64,000 bases of DNA from Lingula anatina (Eukaryota > Animalia > Brachiopoda). Under the pieces are notes generated by a model. The model was given only the letters and a program-made list of their open reading frames with translations, was not told the DNA's origin and did not search any database. Both the position numbers and the translations under genes were made by a program. Below, piece after piece: positions 13,101 through 25,167 of this stretch (position 1 is the first letter of the stretch; every line of letters begins with the position of its first letter). The stretch is taken from NCBI GenBank assembly GCA_051362555.1, contig CM120641.1, positions 38,136,401-38,200,400 of the forward strand, written 5' to 3'.

Positions 13101-16100
13101 AAAAAAGGTTCAAAATGTTTTTCAAAAAGCTTAAACATGGTGGCCAGTCATATTAAGGGAAACCTCTAAGCTACCGCAGGGACAGTATTGATGCACTGAG
13201 ATATAATATCCACAGCAACTTTAATTCTTATTTCTTTTCTTTACAGAATACTTCACCCCTACTGAATGCTGAAACATTTCCAGCAAGTGTTGCAGGTAAT
13301 TTGTGAAAAGGGCGTTTTTTTATTCTATACAAGTTCATTATTTACCCAATTTATTTGTAAATTAATCTATTTGCCATAAACTTTTTAAAAATAAGTTTTA
13401 AGATACTTTAGTATATTGAGTTTTTATTGGTTTCATTGTTTATAGCATCAAAGGAAGGGAAGAATGCCCGCAAGAGACGAAAGCGGCGTGAGATGGCTAA
13501 CAGGGCTGCTGAAGATGAATTGGCTGAGATTACAATTGAACAACAAATGTTAAAAGAAATTGGTTTAAAGAAACAAATGCAGCAGCAGGCTGCTTCAGGG
13601 AAGAAATCAAAGCAACCTATGACACTTAATATTGCTGATATGATTGATGCTTTAGAGGTACTTACTATTTCATTTTACTGATAACACTTCAGAGATGCCA
13701 GTGAATTATCGATAATTGAATAAAATTAAACCTCCATGCATTTTAATTATTTTGTAACCTTGAATTTCCTGCTGCCCTGTAGGTTTTTAAAAAATAACCA
13801 AAATATGATAAATTATATTTTAATTAAAATTTAATTAATTTTCCACCCAAGATGAAAATTCATTCCACTATTCATCTAAAATTATCCTGTTTAGAGTTTA
13901 CACAAGTCTGAGTATGACCAAATCTTGTGTTAATAGTATGATGTGGGTTGATTGTTTTTTTTTTTTACAAAATTTTACAAGTAAAAAGATGAGCATATAC
14001 ATTCTGTATAATGAGACTTGCTTTTTATTTTTAGAAACAGCAAGAGAAGGACAAGAATAAACAGCAGAAACACCCACCTTCAGTTGTAAAGCCAAAAGAG
14101 CTGGTAATTGGATTTAAAATGGTTTTGTATTAGTCAGTACTTATTGGGTGATATAACTTAAATGACATGCACATTGAATGGCTTTAAAAGGCAATTCTTT
14201 ACAGTTAATTCTTTAAGAACAGAAACATCAGGAGTGATTATGTCAACTTTGCGATATTGTGTGACCAGACAGTGTCATGATTTGCTATTATATGTCACAT
14301 TTTCCACATCATTTAGTGTATTTCTTTCCATCAGAACCCAGTCACTCCACATAATGTACTAGACAGCAGTGCCCCTTCTGTCAAAAGGGGAAAAGAGAGA
14401 GAAACTGCAAAGAACAAAAAGCCTAGTCCATTGAAAAAGGTTTGTTCAAAATCTGTCTCTTTATACTTTAAATAATATACTTAAAAAAATACTTGAGAAT
14501 ATGATTCAAAGTTGAGAATAAGGCAAGCATTCATTGCTAGAGAATGTTCATTAAAACTAACTTCTCTGAAAAAAATTAATGGTATGATTAACAGTTAGCA
14601 TTTAAATAATTTTTTCCTCAAGTATTTGTTCAAAAATCATTACTTAAAAGAGATTCATTTTCTCCTTGTCTGCTTTGGTGATGCACAGGTTATACTTAAA
14701 TGTCTTTCATGTCTTCTCCATTATTATTTATATACCAATTTTGATTCAAAACTGAGATAAATTTTTACTTAACTTGTTAGGTAATCTTGAAAGAAAGAGA
14801 GGAGAAAAAGAGAAATAGACTACTTGACGTTGGAGACAATGTTGGGTGAGTGTTGGCCTGATAAGATTTTATCAGTAGGGAGCCTTCATGTGCAACTTTC
14901 TAATATAAGCTCCCGAATGGTAATTACAGGGAATGTGCTTGGTCATTGCCATCTTTTTGTGGGGAAGGATGGGGGTGTTCACTGAAGCATTAAGTAACTT
15001 GATAAACCATTAGTGCTTACAGGTTGCATGTAGCACATTTTCTGAATGCATTAATAAACCCTCTAGTTATGTTTGTATGGTTCATATGAAAATATATATT
15101 GACCCCCTTCTTTTTTCAGTGCTGCATGTAGTATAGGAAATATGGGCATGTCAGTGGACAGTGACTTGTCCCAAGAAGGTAAATAAATTGACCATTGTAA
15201 CTAATGGACAACTACTTAATTTTAGAGCTACTTAAACATTAAAAAAAGTATGTATGCAGCTTGTAAAATTTTGACCACTGCCGTGATTTAATGAAGAAAT
15301 TATACTGCTGAAAACAAACCTTAAATTAATGCTAAAATACATTATGTTCCAGCTCTAAGTTGTAAAGGCTCTAGTTTTGAAAACAGTTTGGAGTCTGGCA
15401 CCCCTGCTAGTGCAGAACTTTCGCCTGTCAGCCAGACTTCTCCAATCTGCATCAGCCCCCCATCCCCAGGGGGAAGTCCTCTCAGCTCTGGTGTAAATAG
15501 TCCAACAGTGGGCACCAAGGCTCTAAACTCCAAGATTGTCTCTAAGATTCACAGCAGGAGATTCAGAGAGTAAGTACTATTTTCCTACATTGTATTAATA
15601 TGGCAGCTGCTTTGGCACAATATCTACTTACCATTTGCTATTTTTCAAGCGTCATGTGTTATGAAGGGGTGTGATTGCAATTGGCCTGGTGCATGTCCAT
15701 AAAAATTTTATTTGATTATATTCAGGTACTGCCACCAGGTGCTTGACAAAGAAATAGATGACTGCTGCACACAACTGTTACAAGAACTGGTGCGGTTTCA
15801 AGATAGGCTCTATCACAAGGATCCATCAAAGGTGAATTTACCTATCCTATTCCTGGGCTCTTTTGCATTACATACCTCTGCATTTCTGCCCGTTTTTTTT
15901 TTTTTTTTTTTTAATGCAACGTATGCAACTTAATAATAACCATTTTTTTCCGTTTAGGCTAAATCTAAAAGGCGGATAGTCCTCGGTCTTCGCGAGGTTA
16001 CCAAACATCTGAAACTCAACAAAATCAAAAGTGTGGTTATCTCTCCCAACTTGGAAAGGATACAGTCTAAAGGTTTGTACTTGAAAATCTGTTGTTGAAC

Positions 16101-17441
16101 TTTTTTTCACTTTGAACTTTTTATTTTTTATCAGTAGTATTCTTTGAGCTGTTATAAAAAAGTTATTTTTGGTAGTTTTTTTACTGTTTGATTTTTATAA
16201 ATCTAACAAATAAGTTTTATTTTATTTAGGTGGCTTGGATGATGCCTTGCACAACATCTTAGATCTTTGCCAAGAACAAGATGTACCATTTATATTTGCC
16301 CTGGGAAGAAGAGCATTGGGGCGTGCCTGTGCCAAATTAGTTCCTGTCAGTGTTGTGGGGGTCTTTAACTTTGAAGGAGCAGAGGTGATTAACATTTGAA
16401 ATGAGATCAACATTTTTGTCCATTAAGTCATAGACATTGTTTTTAAGTGTTGTTCATTTAGTTAAACTAACTGAACTGACTTTGAATAACTGAGACCTAA
16501 TATATTACTCTATTATTTTTAATGTTCTTCGCCATATTTATTAATCTGTGTACTATATATTTGATGTATTTCAGACTCACTTCCATAAATTGGTTTCCCT
16601 CACAGAGAAAGCCCGTCAAGTTTACAGAGAAATGGTCACAGTGTTAGAGAAGGAAATTCAAGAAAATCCCATGAAAACATCACCTACAGTTCCGCATTTA
16701 TATGCCCATATGGGGCACTCACGCACACCCTCTGCCTGCAGTGCAATCTCCTTCACAAGCTCCATTCTTTCAGAGCCCATATCTGAAAACTACCCCCAGT
16801 CAGAGCCAGAAACTGACAGTAGAGGGTACGAGGTCACAAAACATGGGGAGAATGGTAGCAAGCTGGACAACGAAATGCAAGGTGGGGATTCTGAAAAGAT
16901 CACTATTATTGAATCAATTCATGAGATTGATGAGGGGCATGAAGCTGACACAGAGGATCTGGAAAGCATGAAGCCACAAGTTCATAGAACTCCTACTCCT
17001 GTTGAGAGTGACAAGGGAGTGGAACTGGGTAATGCGGATGTTTCCGTGGAAAGTGATGATGGCTTACAAGACAGTGTAAGAGCTACAGACTTACCTTACA
17101 TTGATTCTATTCATTCTACAACGACAGCAACCACAGATAGTACAACAGATGTTGTATCACAGCAAACCTCAAATACTCTGAATAGTTGTGATGGTGAGAG
17201 TTGTAAAAGTTTCAAAGAAAACAAAAAAGAGATTAGGTCTCCTTCTCCAACTAAAGAGGCTTCCATTATAGATCTGAAGTCAGATCTCATTGAGGTGGAC
17301 CTGGGAAACTCGAACAAACTTAAAGCTATTAACAAAGACAGGATTGAAACATGGGTGGCAGATTGCATGCAGCAACTAAGCTTAGAGGGTGATGAAGATG
17401 ACACTATTCAGAACAATATCAAAAGTGACAGTGAAAAGTAG
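2583..17441 (+). CDS. SECISBP2L: Selenocysteine insertion sequence-binding protein 2-like (SBP2L-type), about 1170 aa, 17 coding exons
   Basis: Exons 2583-2612, 3758-3918, 4127-4194, 4451-4815, 10947-11082, 11399-12132, 13247-13295, 13446-13657, 14035-14103, 14335-14439, 14781-14845, 15120-15178, 15353-15569, 15726-15831, 15958-16072, 16230-16384, 16575-17441. All are GT-AG and total 3513 nt in frame. Motifs matching vertebrate SECISBP2L: LPRYMTNCYPFV, ILVDAAIQTDF, DSDSGYSSP, K-rich SID (KRGKERE...PSPLKKVILKEREEKK), KIHSRRFREYC, L7Ae domain (LGLREVTKHLKL...ISPNLERIQSKGGLDD...FALGRRALG...VSVVGVFN), GHSRTPSACSAISF, RIETWV. Confidence 0.95.
4070..4113. repeat. (ATT)n microsatellite
   Basis: About 14 ATT units just upstream of the exon 3 acceptor. 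Confidence 0.9.
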
Positions 17442-19044
17442 GTCAATTGAGATTGGCATAATATTGATTCTGGATTTCATTTTCATCTAGAAGATTAACT
17501 TTTTACTGCACTCGATACACATATGGTTATTATTGTCAAGAGTGTTGACATATCATCACTTTATTGAATAGCAGATTGAATTGTCAAACTAACAATGGGT
17601 AACTCGTTTTGAAATGAACATTTTCCTTTCTAGTCGTACTGGTATTTTTAAGCTGGAAATGTGATGTTTTTATTTTATTTTTGACCACCTGTCTCTAAAG
17701 CTGTAATGTCTGTACATATCTGTAGTGGTTTGGGGAAGGTTGAGGATTACTGCTGAATTTTAAGGCCCATCATCACACGATTATTGCCTTTGAGATAGTT
17801 ATTAATTTTGGGGAGGAATTATTCAACATTAGTATTTGCAGATATTTTATTCTAATTGCTCAAGTTTGCTACAGTTGTGATGGGAAAATGTGTATTTTAG
17901 TGCCAGGTATGTATTCTGATAAGTGTACATATCCCCTATATAACTGTGTGGTTTCTGGTTTATGTACTATTGAATGTACTCGGAACTGTGTTTTGATTGT
18001 AAAAACAATGATAGAAGTGAAAGCAATCTATTGCCAAATCATTGAATTGCTATGTATATTGGTTTGTGGATAAATGTAAATATATCAATACCATAGTACT
18101 TAAATATAAGCGGTGATCAGCAAGTTAAGTGATGAGAAGTTTGCTTGAATGTATATTTGTGAATTTGGACTTTTTAGTTGAAAAACATTTCAATATGTTT
18201 GTTAGGCTACAATGAATCTTATGCCTTGTATTCCTTGTCAGTGTTAAGGAAAATGTTCAAGGTATTTTGGATTTAAATACAGTTGTTATTTGTCATGTTC
18301 GTTTCTGAAGATGTGAATTGGCTTCAGTGGGTAAAAAGTATGAAGAATGTTCTGAAGAACAATTTTCAAGATTAAAAAGTATTTAAGTGTTTAAAAAACT
18401 TTGTTTTTAATTGATTTGTAAAATGTAAGTTTATTGCATTTTCATGTACCTATCTAAGCTGTGAACAATCACTATTTTTGGAGTAAGAAAAATTGTATCA
18501 TTATGTAGGGAAACCCAATTTATGTCTTGCCCAAAGTTAATTTCACTAAACATCCCTTGAAAACATAAGGTGCATGAAACTATTTTTAATTTCTCAAACG
18601 TGTGCACTGTAATTTACCATAAATGTAGATTCACTGGCTTTTGTCATGTTCAAGCACAGGAGGGAATTCCTCATTGCCTTTTCATGTCCACCAAAAGTAA
18701 ATTCTACCTATAGTATGAACCAAAATATCCAATCCTGCCTCTTGTTCATAAAATTGTATAATGCATACATGTAAGGGAGAAGAGAATTGAGGATTTAGAT
18801 AATATTGCAACTTCCTATCTAGCTACTGGAAATGTTCTTTTCCAGTGGAGAAGATTTGAAACCACGAGTCCTTGAAACAATTCTGTTCATAAGATTACTT
18901 CAGAAAGGGACAAAGTGATAATAATCTGTAATGTGCACAGTTGAAGTTTGTCTGCATTGAATCATTTTCCAAGTGGCATGCAGTCAAATGATAGCAAGTA
19001 CTGTAATTTAAAAGATTATTGTAGAATTTCCAAAAGCACAGGTA

Positions 19045-20006
19045 CAGGCCTTCCCAACTACCAGACTCGGCACCTACGGGTCCAGAATAAACCGGTATAT
19101 CTGACCACACTACCCGTTTTCAAGGTGTGTGTCAGATCGCATAAAAGAGTATCATACCCTACCACAAATTCTGTAAGCCTACCTGTCATCCGGGTATCGC
19201 GCCTCGTTTTCGTCAAGTAGGAGTCGCATGAATACAACAGACGACTCCCTCAATCAGGGGGTGGAAACGCGCTACTTATATGATTAAGACGAGCCTAGCC
19301 GTCAGTACCGGTTATTGTTTTGTGACCTTGAGGAGCAATTAGGTTTGGTCGTTGCGGCACGCATCAACAGTAGTTGAACTACCACACCTGGGTCTTTTGT
19401 TTTTGAAAACTGTTCACTCGTCATCGAGGCGCTTGTTCAAGACTACAGGCTGATATCTACTAGTACTACCAGTGGCTTCATTAGTAACGTTCCCACAATA
19501 CTTAAGTTTTCTGTCCGTGCGTACAAACCCTGAAAAAGGACAGCCTCGCTGACGAGAACAATGGACGTTTCTCACCCCTCTCTAGGATTACCCCTGCCCT
19601 CAATCTCGTCCATCCCGGTAGTCACAAGAATATTTAACCCCCGACAGAATATGCTTCTGCTATCAAAATTAGGTATACTTTTCTAAATTAATATATAAGT
19701 TTGCAAGTTCTTATTTACAAAACATCAATGGCTATGTCCGAACCTAAATTTTATGTTAAAAATTGCGGTACTGTCAGATTTGAGCATAAACAGAAAATTG
19801 CAGCAGCGCATGAATCTAGATGAGATGCACTACTTTCCAACCCCGCTTAGGATCATTGCTATCACATCGCGCACCTGGCAAAATCGGTGTGGTGGCTGAT
19901 ACTCTGTAATGCGATCTGACACACACCTTGAAAACGGGTAGTGTGGTCTGATAAACCGGTTTATACTGGACCCGTAGGTGCCGAGTCTGGTAGTTGGGAA
20001 GGCCTG
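19045..20006. mobile_element. Non-autonomous TIR DNA transposon, 962 bp, about 110-bp TIRs, 5-bp TSD (hAT5-like)
   Basis: Left TIR CAGGCCTTCCCAACTACCAGACTCGGCACC... (19045-19154) is nearly the reverse complement of 19897-20006 (...GTAGTTGGGAAGGCCTG). Direct repeat AGGTA on both sides (19040-19044, 20007-20011). No transposase ORF. Superfamily assignment is inference. Confidence 0.9.
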
Positions 20007-20029
20007 AGGTAGCAACGGACATGAGCCAG

Positions 20030-21103
20030 TTTTTTTTATGTACAGACACAGATGTGTCTGTACATATTGCCATCACCTGCGTCTGTCGTCGCCGATGGCA
20101 ATGCCGTCGCCGTGCACTTTCACTATAAACACGATAAGTGGAACACAGTTTTATTTTTTGGTTTTATATTTACAGAGCTGATGAATATTCATAAAACGCA
20201 GGTCAAGTTCGAAAATCAGCATGATCGGGCCATTATTGTATAAGTTATGCTGTTTTATCACTTTTCAGCATATATGCAACCCTGTAAACACATTTTAAGG
20301 AAAACCGATAGGCCTGTTGTCATGAAACTCACAAGAGTAATCAATCTTACTAAAATGCAGGTCAAGTTCGAAAATCGGCATGGTTGGGCCACTATTTTAG
20401 TAGTTATGCTGTTTTTTCCTTTTTTTCAGCATATGTGCAACACTGTAAACACAATATAAGAAAAACCGATAGGCCAATTGTCATTAAACTCACAGGAGTG
20501 GTCAATCTTACTAAAACGCAGGTCAAGTTCGAAAATCAGCATAATCGGGCTATTATTTTACAAGTTATGCTGTTTTTTCACATTTCCTCAGATTCAATTC
20601 TTAGGCATGTTAACAGTCTTATTATTTTACTAATAAGATACATTTAAATGTTTGTTTGACATTTCCTGCATCTTTACAACATTGTTAGTTGATTATGTAA
20701 AAATGATGGTAAACTTTTTATCGTGTATTGTGTAATAAAGTGTCACAAATGGAAATAAACTCATATCATTGCAGTTTGTCAGATTCAATCATCCACTATG
20801 TTCAGAATCTTAGAATGGAGGAAATTGGACATTTAACACTGTTATATTGATATTTTTCCAATCTCATCAATTTTCTTAGTTGATCATATAAAAATGGCAG
20901 TAAACTGTTCATTTTGTTTTATGTTAAAAAAGTGTTAAAAATGGAAATAAACCCATTTCAGAACAGTGTTGTCTTGTTAAAATTTGATGTTGAATTTGCA
21001 GTTTAACTTTATGTACTTTTGCATCAGAATTGGCAGTAGCCTATTTTGTGCATAGTTATTTCCTGCTTTTTGTCTGTACATTTGACAGCTTTGCTGCCTT
21101 GTT
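20030..21103 (+). mobile_element. Non-autonomous Helentron (HINE/DINE-1-like) carrying about 160-bp tandem repeats
   Basis: 5' T-run, sub-terminal repeat ATGTACAGACA within a hairpin (20037-20066), GTC-type micro-repeat, about 2.5 copies of a 160-bp unit (GGTCAAGTTCGAAAATC at 20201, 20360, 20521). 3' complementary sub-terminal repeat TGTCTGTACAT (21071-21081), then a short hairpin (21084-21098) and a T-run. Confidence 0.75.
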
Positions 21104-22318
21104 TTTTTTTTTTTTAAATCAGCTGAGAGTCCTGGGACACCTTAGGTCCCACAGCATTCAATGAAAATATCAAAATTCCAGGATTCCACTAAATAAGTTG
21201 CATTTATAACAGAATGATCATAACTGCAAAGTGTATAGATATACTATGATTGACCAACTGATAATCTTTATTGACTGGGGGTTTCGTAGTTTTCACTAAG
21301 ATTGTACGAATTCAAACATTTTAAAAATAGTTTTATTGAATAAAATGCCTTCACATAATATTCATAATAAATTATACCCTTTCAACTGAAAAGTTTGATT
21401 CTAAAACCTCAGTTAGCCTGGAATAATGACAAAATTGAGCTGAATCTAAAGAAACTGCTGCAATAACATGCTTAACATTGCTTTAAATTATGACAAGGAT
21501 GAAAAAAAAAGACCACTCCAACATTTGTCAGCTTTTTTGAAGTAACCAAGAAATAAAATTGTGGATCAAATAAATCGCTCCTACTGGTACATCGCACAAT
21601 GCTTTAAACAAGAAGAGCTATCAAAATAGATGCTTCTTTTCAGTGTAAGTACAAACATGACTTAAATGTTTTATTATTTAAAAAGAATATTCATAATGGA
21701 TCATTTTTTCCATTGGCAACAATTGAGCACCACCTCCTGACCATACACAAAGGTCAATGTAATAGCATGGATTTACTACTGATAAAGTCATTACCTACAA
21801 AAAGTGATGTGTAGTCATTCTTGTAATGGAAGTTCTGTAAGAAAGCAATTCTGTTGTTTTAATTTTTAGTTGTATTAAGCATTTTACCTAAAAAAATATT
21901 TGTATGTTAGTTTACTTCTCCTGGCTGAATTGTTCTTTTTCAATAATGGAATCCATGAAAAACATCAAGTTGTTTTTAAGTCCAAAGATAGATTGCATTA
22001 AGTATGTTTTTAATTTTTTAATTCAATTCATATTCTGAATAAACTCCACATTAAATTTTCCAAAAGTAACACCTGTCACCCAATAAAATTTAAAAAATTC
22101 CTCCATATTTTTATAGTACCATTTCAATCTAATCTTTTTCATGGACCTAGGAGCACTAGAACCAACATCATCTTCAACCTGAGAATGATATTGTGATCAT
22201 TACGAACTGGTAATAATCACAAAGAAATGCAACTTTCAGATGCTGGAAATTCTAATTAATTATAAATGGAGGTAAATTCAAATCCCATCAGTTATTGTTT
22301 TAACCATATAAATCTACT

Positions 22319-24028
22319 TTACCACTTAACCTTATCTTTGAATTCTTCTTTTACGCTGAATTTCTTTATGCTCTCATATAAAAAGATAATAGTAAAAGAA
22401 AAGGGCAGCGAGTGTGCCAGGCGAGCAGATAATCCCTTGTAAAACATGCTCATCCCCTCTTCCTTCCACAATGTTCTAGCTGTATAAATATATGTCTTCC
22501 TTTCAGTCTGAAAATAACAAAATGCTGTTAGATGACAGCCACAGTAAAGTAAGCAATTCATTTACACATATTACAGACATCATACAAATTGATTATGAAA
22601 TGCAACATACGTATCCATTTGTATAGTCATGGATGTCAACCATATGCTAATCTATATATATATTTATTTATCTATTTATTTGTCTGTTCTATGTTATAGT
22701 TACTAGTATTGTAATTGATTGTACATTTATGTGAAGGTGTTTGTCAATAAAGAATCTGAATCATATTTGTGTCTGTATCACAGCCACATATTACAGACAT
22801 TATCATACATATTCGTACCTGTACCCGGCAGTGTACCACAGCCTATAGTCAGATGGAAACTTTTTATTACTTGTTAAATAGACAGTTTGTGGGATCTTAG
22901 ACAGAAAAACAATATAATTACAGGCAATTTTTTCATAAATCTTCAATTAATTTTTGATGGAATTCAAACTGACTTTTGTGACAAGAAACTTGCATAATCC
23001 CACAAGTGAGTCATACTAGGGTGTTACCTGTATTCTAAGTCTAATTATATCTAAAACATTGGTAACACAGGTCGCACAGATACCAGCTGACAGTCCTGCG
23101 CCACACTGTATGCCAGTCATGGGGACTTTGGCAGAGAGGTAGTATGTCAATATGTCTGTAATAAGAAAGATAGAACGAATATTAATGAATACCACAAGTG
23201 ATACAGCCTTTAAAACCTTTTCAACATAAAAAAGAGACTTATGCATCATACTTTATACTGTGTGAAATATGTTTATGTGATATTAGATTCCTGTCTGCAA
23301 ACATTTCTAATAACAAGGCCATTTACTTTCCAGTACAATGCTGAGTCATTCATCCTAAATCCTATTGTTATAGGAATTGTTCAATTACTAGGCATCATAC
23401 CCGAGTTATATCCATAAATCCACCACCACAAAGCACTACTGGGTATGACCATACTCAAGGTTGCAAAATACCCTTTCCACAGGGCAAGTGGACCTTCTGA
23501 CCTCCATAGGTGCTGTATAATAGCCAGAGAAGGATAGCTTTGCTTATACACTTCAGGTGGAAGGGCCTTCATATGTGTCTTTTTAGTCTTGTGTCCTAGT
23601 TGTCTGTATTGCACCACATTATCAACTGGGACGCCTAAAGTTTGACCAGCTATGGCAGCGGAAGCACCACCAAGGCCAAAAAGCAAGTACCTGTTGTGTA
23701 AAAATTCAAACTTTTCCTGTGTTGATAGCAGCTGGCGTACATTCTCATATGTCCATATATATACTATACCAGGAATAATCTGTGCATTTTGTGACAAAAG
23801 TCCCCTGTACAACCCTCGTACCCCTTCTTTCCGAATTATCTTGCCAAAGGCATCAAGGGTGCCATTGTACACAGCAGTTTGAGTCTGTGCTTGAATCCTG
23901 GTCTTTATGAGAGAAAAAGGGTAAACTAATGCACGTGTAGTTATTCCAGATGCACAAATCAAAGGTATATATTTATAAAGGTTTAACATATCCAAACCTA
24001 TAACAGGTGCCTCGCTCAGAGCGTGCAT
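22319..24028 (-). CDS. SLC25A44: Mitochondrial solute carrier SLC25A44-like, 314 aa, 3 coding exons
   Basis: Exons 24028-23401, 23155-23028, 22507-22319 (945 nt, GT-AG). Three carrier repeats: YPFSLIKTRIQAQ...YNGTLDAFGKIIRKEGVRGLYRG; VPVDNVVQ...WRSEGPLALWKGY...PSSALWWWIY; TNVLDIIRLRIQ...LWKEEGMSMFYKGLSARL; C-terminal FKDKVKW. A 5'UTR intron is likely (acceptor 24074, donor about 24914). Confidence 0.88.
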
Positions 24029-24914
24029 TTTTCACCATGTCATCAATACAAGGGTATTTTATGCAACATGTACCTGAAAAGATAGCAAAAACTACACATG
24101 TACGTACTTAAGATGATTTCAAGAAATAAAGGACCTTCATTTTCAATATGTTTTTTTATTCTTGCAAATAAAATGACTTTTTCTTTACAAGCCCTCATAA
24201 TTTTAAGTCACACAATAAATTACAAGGATAAAATGGATTAAAGAAGCATACTTCCAAACATACTGTAAGAAAATACCAAATGTTAAAAAGTAATACATTC
24301 TGGCTATTCAACATTGTGGAATGGCACATTCATTGAAGAATTCTGACAAAAATTAGAAACTTACCCTATATATTGACTTTTTATATTTTCAACTTCTCTG
24401 TGCAGGAACACGTATACCATAGCCTGAAAAAATTAACCATATTAATCTGTGTCGCTTAGAATTAACTAAGAGAACACACGCACACACAGCTTGGGCATTA
24501 GGCTATTATTAGCGACAAAGAATAGGACTAGGGCTTGCAGGATCTGGATCCAAAGAGATAAATGAAGAGATGAGAATGCATCGTGAGCGCACCAAGAGAA
24601 AAGTGTAGAAAGGGGTTACACCCACGTTTGATTGACATTTGTCTCGGGGTAAAATTAAAACTGATCGGGCCTTCACGGAATAAAGACCTGTGTAAAGTGA
24701 GGCAAGACCGAATAAGAGAAGTCCCACAGAGTAAATTCCCAGAGGTCTTGATCTCTTGCGGTATCAAAACTCTTGCAGGTTCTCTGGCATTTCAAATTCA
24801 AGCGGCCATGACTATTCAGACACAGGCAGTTTCCCCATGTCTGCATTCGTATTCGCTGTCTTTCCCAAAAATCTACAAAATAATGCATCTCCAAACTGCC
24901 GGATGAAATCTTAC

Positions 24915-25167
24915 CGAAAATACTTCAGTGAGTAACTGTCCCAGTTCACAAGAAACCGTCTGATGAGAACATTACTCTGCCAAGGTCAAATTTTTAACCA
25001 ATCCCTGTTGGTTTTACAAACAGGTTTTTGGGAGACTAGACTCGTTTTCGATATAACAAAAATAATCCAAGGTTTTTCATACAGTATTGCTCATTTCCAT
25101 AACGAGACTTAAATTGGAGAATGATAAACATTTCTCGTGATCAGCCGTGATATCGTCATTTCCTATC
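24915..25167. promoter_or_regulatory. Probable bidirectional promoter and 5' leaders shared by SLC25A44 and ACO1/IRP
   Basis: A minus-strand donor (CTTAC ending 24914) and the plus-strand ACO1 ATG (25168) lie about 250 bp apart, head to head. CCAAT near 24998. Confidence 0.55.

Noticed and set aside
17442-19044. SECIS-like AUGA...GA candidates (about 18132 and 18339)
   Set aside because: Helix length, apical AA loop and 3' GA quartet do not fit the SECIS consensus.
18895-20647. Short ORFs with shared or repeated peptides (GLPNYQTRHLRVQ; TQVKFENQH)
   Set aside because: They are translations of the TIRs and the 160-bp tandem repeat, not genes.
24509-24906. Overlapping 70-107 aa ORFs in a GC-richer block
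   Set aside because: They lie in the inferred SLC25A44 5'UTR intron and have no recognisable homology.
24918-24938. CAGTGA loop as a possible iron-responsive element near the ACO1 promoter
   Set aside because: The flanks do not form the 5-bp upper stem with a bulged C.
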